DNA of 64,000 bases from a virus (lineage: Duplodnaviria; Caudoviricetes). Below, one piece after another: positions 1 to 8,770 of this stretch. The position numbers were made by a program, and so were the translations under genes. Each line of letters starts with the position of its first letter. Within the stretch, counting starts at the first letter, position 1. The stretch lies in IMG/VR virus record IMGVR_UViG_3300034061_006011; one strand, 5' to 3'. The notes below the pieces were generated by a model. That model saw only the letters and a program-made list of their open reading frames with translations. It made no database searches and was not told the DNA's origin.

Positions 1-546
1 TTAAAAGATCATATAGTCAATAATCATACTGAAAGTGATGATTATGTCTTGTGTCCACTGTGTCAACACCCTGTCAGAGACATGCAAATTCACTATAGAT
101 CAAAGCATATAGGCATGAATATGCCAGAAAACATTCAAACAAGAGCAATAATCATAAGAGACATAAAAAGTCCAAATAAAAAAAATAATTTTTCAAAATT
201 TAAGCAAGGTAATTTTCATTCAGAAAAGAATCAATGCGATATATTTTTCAGAAGTGGTCTTGAGTTGAAATTTTTAAAAATACTTGAGAAAAATCCGAAT
301 GTAAGAAAGTATAAAGCCGAAAGTCTTCAAATAGAATACTTTTTTGAAGGATCGTCACACAATTATATTCCAGATATTCTTGTTGAGTATACAGATGGCA
401 AGATTGAATTATGGGAAATAAAACCCAAGTCTCAAACAAAATGGGCTAAGAATGTTGCCAAATGGAAAGCAGCAAATGTTTATTGCCAAAAAAGAAGCTG
501 GGAATTTATTGTAATGACTGAAAATGCTTTAAAAAAACTTAACTAA
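1..546 (+). CDS. T4 gp4-like head-completion / TnsA-type endonuclease with N-terminal C2H2 zinc fingers (5' truncated)
   Basis: Frame is open from base 1 (LKDHIVNNH...CPLCQHPVRDMQIHYRSKH). FRSGLELKF...AESLQIEY...YIPD...WEIKP...KWKAA matches the gp4/TnsA PD-(D/E)XK pattern. Confidence 0.7.
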   Translation, partial: LKDHIVNNHTESDDYVLCPLCQHPVRDMQIHYRSKHIGMNMPENIQTRAIIIRDIKSPNKKNNFSKFKQGNFHSEKNQCDIFFRSGLELKFLKILEKNPNVRKYKAESLQIEYFFEGSSHNYIPDILVEYTDGKIELWEIKPKSQTKWAKNVAKWKAANVYCQKRSWEFIVMTENALKKLN

Positions 547-1179
547 TTAATTTTTATAATCTTTTAATTCAAACTTTTCAACAATGAAAGGAATCAATTG
601 TTGTACTATCTTGTCTTCTAAAGACAAAAGATTACTATCATTCTTCATGTAATAATCAAACATAGGATAGTTACTATCAGCAATAATTCCATTTGCGTCT
701 TTATTACCAAAATAATCTGATGCTTCTCCCATAATCTTTTCACTATCGTTTTGATCAGTGTTACGATGATTGGGACGATCAATAAGAACGACAATACCAT
801 CTTTTTCTTTAATTGCTTTAGCTTCGTTAAGATAACGACCATCTGTGATAATTACATTTTGCATTTTATTCAAAACTTTGTCGATCCAAACAGAATTTTT
901 AACTTTTCTGAATCCATCACCAATCATTTGTAAAGCCTGTCTGACATTCATTGAAAAACCGGGAGGAGGTTCGGGATTTCTTTTCCATTCTTCAATAAAA
1001 TCAAAATCAACGTCAAAGTAATCACAATATATTTTTTTGACATTATAGGCAAAAGCAATTTTTGTAACAAGTGGTTTTTCATGATCAATATATTGCCACA
1101 GCCGTGGAGCAAGCATTCCTGCAACTGTATCTTTACCAGATGCTGCCTGACCAAATAAGCCAACAATGATATTTTTCAT
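547..1179 (-). CDS. Deoxynucleoside monophosphate kinase (T4 gp1-like)
   Basis: P-loop GQAASGKDT, then FAYNVK, RQALQMIG and ITDGRYLNE motifs. Confidence 0.85.
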   Translation of the reverse strand: MKNIIVGLFGQAASGKDTVAGMLAPRLWQYIDHEKPLVTKIAFAYNVKKIYCDYFDVDFDFIEEWKRNPEPPPGFSMNVRQALQMIGDGFRKVKNSVWIDKVLNKMQNVIITDGRYLNEAKAIKEKDGIVVLIDRPNHRNTDQNDSEKIMGEASDYFGNKDANGIIADSNYPMFDYYMKNDSNLLSLEDKIVQQLIPFIVEKFELKDYKN

Positions 1180-1194
1180 AACTATGTTATAGTC
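1180..1194. promoter_or_regulatory. 15-bp bidirectional promoter-like spacer between divergent ATGs
   Basis: AACTATGTTATAGTC. TATGTT (+) and TATAAC (-) each lie 6 nt from an ATG. Near-identical copy at 53860-53874. Confidence 0.55.
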
Positions 1195-1452
1195 ATGAAC
1201 AAGAAAAAATGCAACAATTGTTTTTGCTTTGATCGAGAAAAAAAAGTTTGCAAAGTTAACATCATTTATAATGGTAAAAACTTAAACATGCCTGTAGCTG
1301 CAAGCGATGATTGTCACTATATCGAACTAGGCGTATCTGTTGAACAAGTTCGCTTCTGGGAAGAAGAAGCGAAGGGTAAAAAGGTTGTTAAAATGGAATA
1401 CCCAGAAAACTTCTTTGGAAAGAATCTTAACTCAGCTTTAGATCCTGTATAG
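1195..1452 (+). CDS. Small Cys-rich hypothetical protein
   Basis: 85-aa ORF with CNNCFC...C...CH. Confidence 0.6.
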   Translation: MNKKKCNNCFCFDREKKVCKVNIIYNGKNLNMPVAASDDCHYIELGVSVEQVRFWEEEAKGKKVVKMEYPENFFGKNLNSALDPV

Positions 1453-2041
1453 AAATCATTTCCTTGTAAGGAACCTCATAATTTAAGTGAGATCCTTTTC
1501 TTGCTGGGAATTTTTCTCTTTTGATAATTTCTTCTTTTTCTGAAGCACCAATTAATATTACACTTGCTTGTTTTTTAGACTTTTCATCCAACAACAAATA
1601 AGCAAACACATACAAATCACAATTAAGATTCATTGGAATCTTACCTTCATTCGTTGCCCTGATAAGTCCAGCATCGTACCAAGGTCGCTTCATTGATGTC
1701 TTTATGTCTATTGTTTTATTGCTTGCATCAATAAAGTCATATTTATCACCGCCTTCCCTGTAAGTAAAATCTACAGGAAGACCAAAAACTTTAGAGAAGG
1801 CTAATTCTCCAATCTTTCCTGTTCTTTCAACCTTATATGGGTCTTCTTTTGTATTAGCTAAACCTCTTCCATATGTGCCAGTCTTCTTGTTAGCCCACAT
1901 GTTGCTTGAAAACGATTCACAAATTTCGTATTCTTCATCAGCAATATCAATTTTATAAACAACTTTTTCAACATCACCAAAAGTTAATTTCATCAATTTT
2001 GGTTTTGACTTTTTGCCTGTATAGTAACTTTCAGCAAGCAT
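1427..2041 (-). CDS. Putative PD-(D/E)XK nuclease-fold protein
   Basis: GKIGELAF...GGDKYDF...IDIKT spacing typical of restriction-like nucleases. Confidence 0.5.
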   Translation of the reverse strand: MLAESYYTGKKSKPKLMKLTFGDVEKVVYKIDIADEEYEICESFSSNMWANKKTGTYGRGLANTKEDPYKVERTGKIGELAFSKVFGLPVDFTYREGGDKYDFIDASNKTIDIKTSMKRPWYDAGLIRATNEGKIPMNLNCDLYVFAYLLLDEKSKKQASVILIGASEKEEIIKREKFPARKGSHLNYEVPYKEMISIQDLKLS

Positions 2042-2081
2042 GAAATACTCCGGTAAGAAAACTTTCTTTAACAGAGCTAAT

Positions 2082-3869
2082 CTAAACTTCTTTTTTACTA
2101 AATCTATTTTTTAGATCCGAAAAAAATGAATCACCACAATTCCAACCACAAATTTTTGAAACAAGACTTAAGCAAGCACAGATTCTGCCAAAATCTTTTA
2201 CTATGACGGGAATCAATGGTGATAACATGCCTGTGCTTCTTTTATTCATCATGCAGTAATAAAGATATCCTATTTTTACTGATCCAGTTTCAATATAGTT
2301 TCTTCCTAAAAGCTCTTGCAATCTTTGCATATACAAAGAGCAAAAATTCTTTTCATCTTCTGACATGAAGTTTTTATTGTTACTTGGTGTAAACGCAAGA
2401 TAATATGTAAGAATTGAATCTTTTCTAACGCTTCCGGCAAAATATCTAGAAAAACTTTTTATCCAACAATTCAAATCATAAGGGTCAATAAAAAATAACA
2501 CACTTGGTAAACCTAATTTTTTCAAATTGTAATTACCATCATCATCAATGACAACAAATTTCATATGCTCTAACCTATCAAGTGTGTTCTTCAAGTAATT
2601 TGAATTTACTTTGTTGAGAAATCCTCCAAATGTCTTAGAAAGCATGTTCCATATTTTATCAAATGTAAGTTTCTTTTCTTGATGTATCATTGCAAGAATA
2701 TGAATAGCAAGTTTATTATATTCTAAATCATCATTAAGATTAAATAACTTTGACAAAGCATCATCTACTTTTTTGTACTCATTGGCTAAAGTTATTTTGT
2801 TATCTGGAAAGAAAACATAAGCATCACCTTGATCATCGATGCCTTTCCTCCCTGCTCTTCCAATCATCTGGCGTATCTCAGACTTATCAACTAACTCTTT
2901 GCCTCTTACTACCCCTGCTATAATTACTCTTCTAGCTGGCAAATTAACGCCAGCAGCGAGTGTACTTGTTGCAACGAGTATTCGTAAGGCTCCTTCCTTA
3001 AACTCCTTCTCAAGCGTTTTACGCTTACTAGGAGACAAGTCTGCTGAATGGAACTTTGTATCAAATCCTTTAGACTTTATATAAGACACTAATTTTTTGC
3101 CAATATTCTTTGAATGAACGAATACTAATATCTTATCTGCCTGATGTTTGTCGCATAAAATTGAAATGCAATCAAACATATCATGAGGGACACCACTAGA
3201 ACTTAAAGATGTGTCAAACTTCTTATAATGTATTTTCAAAGGAACAGCTTGATAGTTTGAATTCAGAATATAGGTTTGTTTCTTGTTTAAATCATGCAAC
3301 CATTCACCGATTTGGTTAGCATTTGGCAATGTACCACTGAGAAATATTATTTTTGAATGATTTTTTCTAGCAAATTCTGTTAGAGCAAATTCTAAAGTAG
3401 GACCACGATCATCTGAACCGATCATATGTGCTTCATCTACTATAATTGTATCTATATCATCGAATACATTTGGATTTGTTCTTACATTGTGACAAAAGCT
3501 TTCAATTGTTGCTACGACTAAGTCTCCATCTTTATCTTTCTTTTCATCACCTGCCATTATTGTTATTTTTTTCTTAGAAAATGGATGATCTTCAGATGAC
3601 CATGCTGAAAACTTTTCAGAAGCAAGTGATTTCAAAGGACACATGTAAATGCATTTTTTGTCATTTTTAATCAAAGATTCAAAAATAAAAAATTCAGCAA
3701 CTATTGTTTTACCACTGTTTGTTGAAGATGCAATTATAAAATTGGCATCTTTGTCAACATGATCCAAAACAGAACTTTGAACAACATTGAAGTTTTCAAA
3801 AGGATATTTATAAAGCTTAAAAGAATCTGATGATTTCTCGACAACTTCGCCGATTTCTATTGTGTTCAT
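2082..3869 (-). CDS. Ski2/Hel308-like SF2 helicase
   Basis: SSTNSGKT, DEAH, LSGT, ATSTLAAGVNLPA, QMIGRAGR. C-terminal winged-helix with LG..S..FIDP. Confidence 0.85.
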   Translation of the reverse strand: MNTIEIGEVVEKSSDSFKLYKYPFENFNVVQSSVLDHVDKDANFIIASSTNSGKTIVAEFFIFESLIKNDKKCIYMCPLKSLASEKFSAWSSEDHPFSKKKITIMAGDEKKDKDGDLVVATIESFCHNVRTNPNVFDDIDTIIVDEAHMIGSDDRGPTLEFALTEFARKNHSKIIFLSGTLPNANQIGEWLHDLNKKQTYILNSNYQAVPLKIHYKKFDTSLSSSGVPHDMFDCISILCDKHQADKILVFVHSKNIGKKLVSYIKSKGFDTKFHSADLSPSKRKTLEKEFKEGALRILVATSTLAAGVNLPARRVIIAGVVRGKELVDKSEIRQMIGRAGRKGIDDQGDAYVFFPDNKITLANEYKKVDDALSKLFNLNDDLEYNKLAIHILAMIHQEKKLTFDKIWNMLSKTFGGFLNKVNSNYLKNTLDRLEHMKFVVIDDDGNYNLKKLGLPSVLFFIDPYDLNCWIKSFSRYFAGSVRKDSILTYYLAFTPSNNKNFMSEDEKNFCSLYMQRLQELLGRNYIETGSVKIGYLYYCMMNKRSTGMLSPLIPVIVKDFGRICACLSLVSKICGWNCGDSFFSDLKNRFSKKEV

Positions 3870-3875
3870 GATTTT

Positions 3876-3904
3876 ATTATATACTTGAAATCAACAGTTG
3901 TCAA
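3876..3904 (-). promoter_or_regulatory. Consensus sigma70 promoter, predicted leaderless
   Basis: TTGACA-17 nt-TATAAT on the minus strand; the -10 box ends 6 nt before the ATG at 3869. Confidence 0.8.
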
Positions 3905-3909
3905 AAAGA

Positions 3910-3933
3910 CAGACCTCCGATTAAGGAGGTCTG
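3910..3933 (-). terminator. Rho-independent terminator
   Basis: CAGACCTCC-6 nt-GGAGGTCTG stem followed by a T-run on the minus strand. Confidence 0.75.
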
Positions 3934-3959
3934 ATATCCTCACCCTAGAAATCACCCCC

Positions 3960-4220
3960 TTAGAGCGGGTTAAGGACAGGGTCGCCGATTTTGCGTCTTC
4001 TTGCTTCAACTGCAAAGGCATCAGTTAACGCTTCAATATTAGAATGGAAGTCAGAAGACATTGAAACATTTGAAAACCATTCGTTGATTTCAGCAAACTT
4101 ATTTGAAATAAGATCAAAAGCTTGTGCCAAATCATCCTGATATCTGTGTAAAAACCTTGTGTAAAGGTACACAAAATCGTAGTCGTTCATGGTAGAAAAG
4201 AAAACATTGAGCTTTTTCAA
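3960..4220 (-). CDS. Hypothetical protein
   Basis: 86-aa ORF in the minus-strand gene run, followed by a terminator. Confidence 0.6.
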   Translation of the reverse strand: MKKLNVFFSTMNDYDFVYLYTRFLHRYQDDLAQAFDLISNKFAEINEWFSNVSMSSDFHSNIEALTDAFAVEARRRKIGDPVLNPL

Positions 4221-4267
4221 GTAACTATTCCTCTAAAACAACGGAAACCCAATTTAAATGAGTTAAG

Positions 4268-4582
4268 TCAAACAATATTAATTGACTTAACTTTATTGCC
4301 ATCTGGATCTTCAAACTTATCTTCTAAAACAATTAATTTATCATCATCCTTGCATCTTAATCCAACATTATATTTGTCTATAACTGTAGCCCTTAATTCA
4401 TTTTTTACTATCACATAGCAATAATTTTCAGATCTTACTTGTTTTCCAACTTCATCTTCGTCTACGATACCAATCTCTATCATAAAATCATCTGGAAGAT
4501 TTATTTGAATTGTTCCAAATTTTTCCAAATGTTTGATTATTGCTGATTGAACCCTGCTGGTCGATGGCTTGGTATTTGTCAT
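4268..4582 (-). CDS. Hypothetical protein
   Basis: 104-aa ORF with ordinary composition and no conflicting gene. Confidence 0.6.
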   Translation of the reverse strand: MTNTKPSTSRVQSAIIKHLEKFGTIQINLPDDFMIEIGIVDEDEVGKQVRSENYCYVIVKNELRATVIDKYNVGLRCKDDDKLIVLEDKFEDPDGNKVKSINIV

Positions 4583-4736
4583 TTTTATTCAGCATGTTAA
4601 TGCCGCTCCAGAGGACCATTATATCTATCTATCATTAGTACGATTAACATTTAAACAAAATATAAAAAAGCAAACTAAATAATTAAAATTATTAAACAGT
4701 CTTATTGTATGTGTTTTTACACAAAGGTTTTTAAAA

Positions 4737-5408
4737 ATGAAAATATTTAAATGGATTAATAAGCACATAATACCAAGAAAATTTGAAAAAATAAGAATAG
4801 GAAATAACAAAGATGGAGGATATATTCTTCCTAAAAAATGTGTTGACGAAAGTGATCTTTGTATTTCTTTTGGACTAGGAGATAATATTACTTATGAAGA
4901 AGATTTATTAAATAGAAATAAAAAAGTTATTGGGTGTGATTTTTCTGTAGACATTCCACATGAATGGGCGAGGAAAACAAAACTTGACACCTATGAAGAA
5001 TTCTTAAATATGCCAGAAGTAAAACAATCTAATAAAATTGTTCTAAAGATAGATACCGAAGGGGCGGAATGGAATTTTTTTGAAACAATAAATATACAAC
5101 ATTTTGAAGAAAAGATTTTTTGTTTTGCTTTCGAATTACATCTTAACATGAATCCTAACAACACGCCATTATCGGTTATGGAAAAGATGCTTAGTACACA
5201 TTATGTCGCTCATGTTCATGGTAACAATCATGGTGATTACAAGGAATTAGTTCCAATTGGATTGGAAATTACACTGGCAAATAAAAAGTATTTTGATAAT
5301 CCACCAATTGATTTTCAAAAATATCCTATTAAAAATTTAGACTATGTGAACAATCCTGAACATGCAGAATTGGAATTGGCTTGGTTGCATCGTATTAAAC
5401 TACTATAA
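4737..5408 (+). CDS. FkbM/Methyltransf_22-like SAM-dependent methyltransferase
   Basis: RIGNNKDGGY, SFGLGDNITYE, LKIDTEGAEW, FELH, HVHGNN motifs. Confidence 0.8.
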   Translation: MKIFKWINKHIIPRKFEKIRIGNNKDGGYILPKKCVDESDLCISFGLGDNITYEEDLLNRNKKVIGCDFSVDIPHEWARKTKLDTYEEFLNMPEVKQSNKIVLKIDTEGAEWNFFETINIQHFEEKIFCFAFELHLNMNPNNTPLSVMEKMLSTHYVAHVHGNNHGDYKELVPIGLEITLANKKYFDNPPIDFQKYPIKNLDYVNNPEHAELELAWLHRIKLL

Positions 5409-5449
5409 CTAATCTTTGCTTCAATATTTATACAAACAAGATAATAATA

Positions 5450-5935
5450 TTAGAAAAAAGAAGGCACTTCTTTACTAAGATAATAATCTGTCCCCATAAA
5501 ATTCTTTTCTATACATATCTTTTTGTCTGGTTTTGTGCTGTTTCCGTCCACATCATACATTTTATTCCAACAATAAATTAATTTATCTGGTGTTATTATT
5601 TGTGTCAGCACAAAATTTTCATTTCCAAAAAATGCCATTACAATCTTGAAAGCAACATTAAATGGTATGAAATAAAGGTTTTCACTCCAAATTTGAAGCG
5701 TTTCAATTACATATCTTTCATCTTCAACAAACTCTGTTTCAACACAATTAAAATAAACATAAATATCGTAACCATCACAGTTAAATCCCCAAGTTTTATA
5801 ATCCTTAAAAATTACATCTAAATCAGAGTTCTTATTATAATCAAATTGTTCCTGTAATACATAACCCATCAATCTAGCATATTTAATTGCTTCTTTAAGA
5901 CCATCCACACGATTAACAATAAATTGTTCGTTCAT
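5450..5935 (-). CDS. Hypothetical protein
   Basis: 161-aa ORF with a 4-nt overlap to the upstream gene. Confidence 0.65.
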   Translation of the reverse strand: MNEQFIVNRVDGLKEAIKYARLMGYVLQEQFDYNKNSDLDVIFKDYKTWGFNCDGYDIYVYFNCVETEFVEDERYVIETLQIWSENLYFIPFNVAFKIVMAFFGNENFVLTQIITPDKLIYCWNKMYDVDGNSTKPDKKICIEKNFMGTDYYLSKEVPSFF

Positions 5936-6417
5936 CGACCTTCCAACCTATAAACTCCTCGTTTAACCTTAGAACAGATATAACCATCTGATTCCAATTC
6001 TTGACGAGCTAGTTTGAAATTATTGTTCAAACCCGGAATAGAATAATTTAAACTTGAAAACATTTTACATATTTCAGAAAAAGAAATTTCTTTATTGTCA
6101 ATAATACGTTCTTTAATCTTTTCTCTAATATAACGAGAAGATTTGTCTTTTGTTGCGTTCTTTTCAAGAACAGCAACATCAGTCCCAAATCCTTCAGTTG
6201 CATTCTTGACATAATTAGAATCACAAAATATATTTGCGATTTCTTCAAGACCAACTGCGTTTTCAGCTTCATTAGCCTTGAGTGCTTCAACTTTAATGTT
6301 AAAACACTCAATGAATTCTGATAAAGACAACAAATTGTTATAGCCTGTGACTATATTTTTGCCATCTGGACACTTAAGCATGACATAATCTGGAGTCATA
6401 GTATCTCCTAAAATCAA
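5932..6417 (-). CDS. Hypothetical protein, possible C-terminal winged helix
   Basis: 161-aa ORF coupled to recA; ends ELESDGYICSKVKRGVYRL. Confidence 0.6.
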   Translation of the reverse strand: MILGDTMTPDYVMLKCPDGKNIVTGYNNLLSLSEFIECFNIKVEALKANEAENAVGLEEIANIFCDSNYVKNATEGFGTDVAVLEKNATKDKSSRYIREKIKERIIDNKEISFSEICKMFSSLNYSIPGLNNNFKLARQELESDGYICSKVKRGVYRLEGR

Positions 6418-7616
6418 GCTAAAAGGTCGTCTACTTCTATATCAACATCATCATCTGCTTCGACAACCTCTCCAGACACTTTATAGTTTATCACATCAGA
6501 ATAAATTTGCAAATATTCCTTCATCTCTTCAGGTGTAGCATCTAATATTTGTGCATATTCCTCTGCAATTTCATTAGGAATATCATTTCTTTCCATAGAT
6601 GACTTAAACTTAACCTCTTTGCCACCAGTAAATTCTGGATTTACTAAGAAATTACCAGCTCCATTAGCAATAATTCTTCCAGAATCCAGTAATGCGCCCA
6701 GAACACCACCCAATGGATTCATCCCTCTATCAAAATAAAGAGGAATATTATCAACTTCAACAAACGGACGATAAGATCTATTTTTCTTATTCTGAACCTT
6801 AATATTGATCCCAAGAATCTTTTTCTTAGCTGATCCAGCAACGCTCTGCTCAATCTTCTTTTGAGTCTGACTACGCATTCTCAAACTGGCATAGAAAGGC
6901 AATCCTTGCCCACCACCTGCTGTGGTTTCTGGGTTTCCATACATAACCCCAATCTTGTCTCTAATTTGATTCAGAACGACGACAGTAACATCATTCTGTT
7001 CCATCTCTGTATTAAGTTTTCTTAGTTCTTTAGAACAAATCTTAGCCCTTTCTCCGGGCTGTTCATTTCCACCAACAATACGCTTGAAATCAGCTTTGCT
7101 ATATCCTTCAGGTAGTTTTGTTTCTCTTAGTTCTCTTGAACTTGGAGAAACGCTGATTGAATCATAAACAATGCAAATTGGAACTTCGATTTTCTTTGTT
7201 TTTCGGATATAATCAATAACACGATAGATTGTTGAAAAACAATCTTCTAGTGTTTCTGGAGTGTATCTTAAAATCTTAGAGATATCACATTTTGTGGCTT
7301 TTTGAATGAATTCACCATTGATTGCATTTTCTGTATCAAGGATGATTCCAATTCCACCCATTCGCTGAATGCCAGCAAGGATGTTTGCGCCAATAAGACT
7401 TTTGCTAGATGCCGATGGACCATAAATTTCAGATAGTCTGCCACCGGGAATACCACCACCGTAAAACTTGCCAGAACAAGAATAATTAATTGCAAAATTG
7501 CCTGTGTCTACAAAATATCTTGCTTGATCAAGATCTGCTACTACTTTTGCGCCAGTGGCGCTTGCAATATCGGTGTATAAATCAGAGGAGTTAGAATCTT
7601 TCTTTTGACGAGCCAT
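6414..7616 (-). CDS. uvsX: RecA/UvsX recombinase
   Basis: DTGNFAIN, GGIPGGR..EIYGPSASSKS, LDTENA, YDSIS, NQIR.KIG, GGQGLPFYASLR. Confidence 0.92.
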   Translation of the reverse strand: MARQKKDSNSSDLYTDIASATGAKVVADLDQARYFVDTGNFAINYSCSGKFYGGGIPGGRLSEIYGPSASSKSLIGANILAGIQRMGGIGIILDTENAINGEFIQKATKCDISKILRYTPETLEDCFSTIYRVIDYIRKTKKIEVPICIVYDSISVSPSSRELRETKLPEGYSKADFKRIVGGNEQPGERAKICSKELRKLNTEMEQNDVTVVVLNQIRDKIGVMYGNPETTAGGGQGLPFYASLRMRSQTQKKIEQSVAGSAKKKILGINIKVQNKKNRSYRPFVEVDNIPLYFDRGMNPLGGVLGALLDSGRIIANGAGNFLVNPEFTGGKEVKFKSSMERNDIPNEIAEEYAQILDATPEEMKEYLQIYSDVINYKVSGEVVEADDDVDIEVDDLLA

Positions 7617-7637
7617 ACCACACTCCGTGTAATAAAA

Positions 7638-7668
7638 ATGAGACTCAACCTAATAGAGTGAGTCTCAT
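7638..7668. other. 10-bp inverted repeat upstream of uvsX
   Basis: ATGAGACTCA-11 nt-TGAGTCTCAT, with a T-rich tail on the minus strand. Confidence 0.5.
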
Positions 7669-7741
7669 CAAAATTTTCCTAATTTCATAAAATTATCTAG
7701 TGTTTAATAAATACGTTTAACTGTTTTAGAAATGAGAAAAA

Positions 7742-8173
7742 ATGTCAATACCTTTACGATTTACCGAATGGTTGGAAGAAAGAGATAACGAATTACATGA
7801 ATCTCTTAAAAGATGGATTGCAGGAATAGGTGCTGGTGCAACTTTAGCTGCCGGTGCTGCTGGATTACTACCTTCATCTAAACTAAAACAACCAGCAAGT
7901 CAACAAATAGGAAATTCTTCTGTTTCCGTAGAGCACGAAAAAAATGAAAAAGGTCAGACCTATTTTTGGTCTTTCAGCTTCAGGAATTATAGCGGTTCAT
8001 CTCAAGAAGCAAAAAAAGAAGCTATGAATCAAGTTAGAGAAGAACTTTTACGACAATTTGGTCGTGCATCAGGTATCGTAGCCGAAGTGCAAAGCGATGA
8101 TGGAAAAGGAAATATCGTCGTTGATGTAACGCAAGTTAATACATCAAGCGTTCGTGCTGCAAATAACGATTAA
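7742..8173 (+). CDS. Hypothetical protein with capsid-targeting-like leader and hydrophobic segment
   Basis: RFTEWLEE...LHE followed by KRWIAGIGAGATLAAGAAGLL; TAAATA at 7708-7713. Confidence 0.65.
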   Translation: MSIPLRFTEWLEERDNELHESLKRWIAGIGAGATLAAGAAGLLPSSKLKQPASQQIGNSSVSVEHEKNEKGQTYFWSFSFRNYSGSSQEAKKEAMNQVREELLRQFGRASGIVAEVQSDDGKGNIVVDVTQVNTSSVRAANND

Positions 8174-8191
8174 AATACTTATCATTCAGAT

Positions 8192-8758
8192 TTAAGGTTC
8201 AATCGTTGCGTCATTAGATGTGATTTTAATTTTTACTCGATGAACAGCATTAGAAAACTCTCGAATTATTTTAGCGTATAATGCGTTTTCATTCTTATCT
8301 ACAAATATCTTCTTTAATCCTCTAATAGCTGACCCTTGCATATTCATTTTGCCAGTTTCACGCATGATCAATCTAATTAACATTTGTTTTGCTTCTTCTT
8401 TTGAAGGGGCTTCAATTGTTGCTTCAATCTCAACAACAGCTTCCATCTTGCCTTGATGATGTTCCTCGATAATTTCAATCAAAAGATCCTGCACATGAGG
8501 ATCTCTTTTAACTGCTCTAATAATTTGTTCCTTGTACATTGTCCAAGATTTAATAAATCGTTCGTCATCACCAAGTTGCTTGTGAGACGTAATTGGGTTC
8601 GTCAACGTAGAACCCGAAAAATGATGAACAGAAGGTTCTTCCGCTTTAGATTGACCAGCAAACATTGAAGCTGCACCTAACGCTAAACCACCAAGCAAAC
8701 CAAGTCTGCCTTCATCCAATTGAGATTCTCTTAATTGAACATATTCATGAAATTTCAT
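8192..8758 (-). CDS. Hypothetical protein with capsid-targeting-like leader and signal-like segment
   Basis: MKFHEYVQLRESQLDE followed by GRLGLLGGLALGAASMFAGQSKA. Confidence 0.7.
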   Translation of the reverse strand: MKFHEYVQLRESQLDEGRLGLLGGLALGAASMFAGQSKAEEPSVHHFSGSTLTNPITSHKQLGDDERFIKSWTMYKEQIIRAVKRDPHVQDLLIEIIEEHHQGKMEAVVEIEATIEAPSKEEAKQMLIRLIMRETGKMNMQGSAIRGLKKIFVDKNENALYAKIIREFSNAVHRVKIKITSNDATIEP

Positions 8759-8770
8759 TCGAATCCTTTG

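Noticed and set aside
1-546. TnsA as evidence of a Tn7-like transposon
   Set aside because: No TnsB/C/D genes or end repeats; the domain is shared with the T4 gp4 family
8755-8770. TTCGAATCC resembling a tRNA T-loop
   Set aside because: No acceptor, D or anticodon arms; it lies in a 12-nt intergenic gap containing the AAGGA RBS of the minus-strand gene
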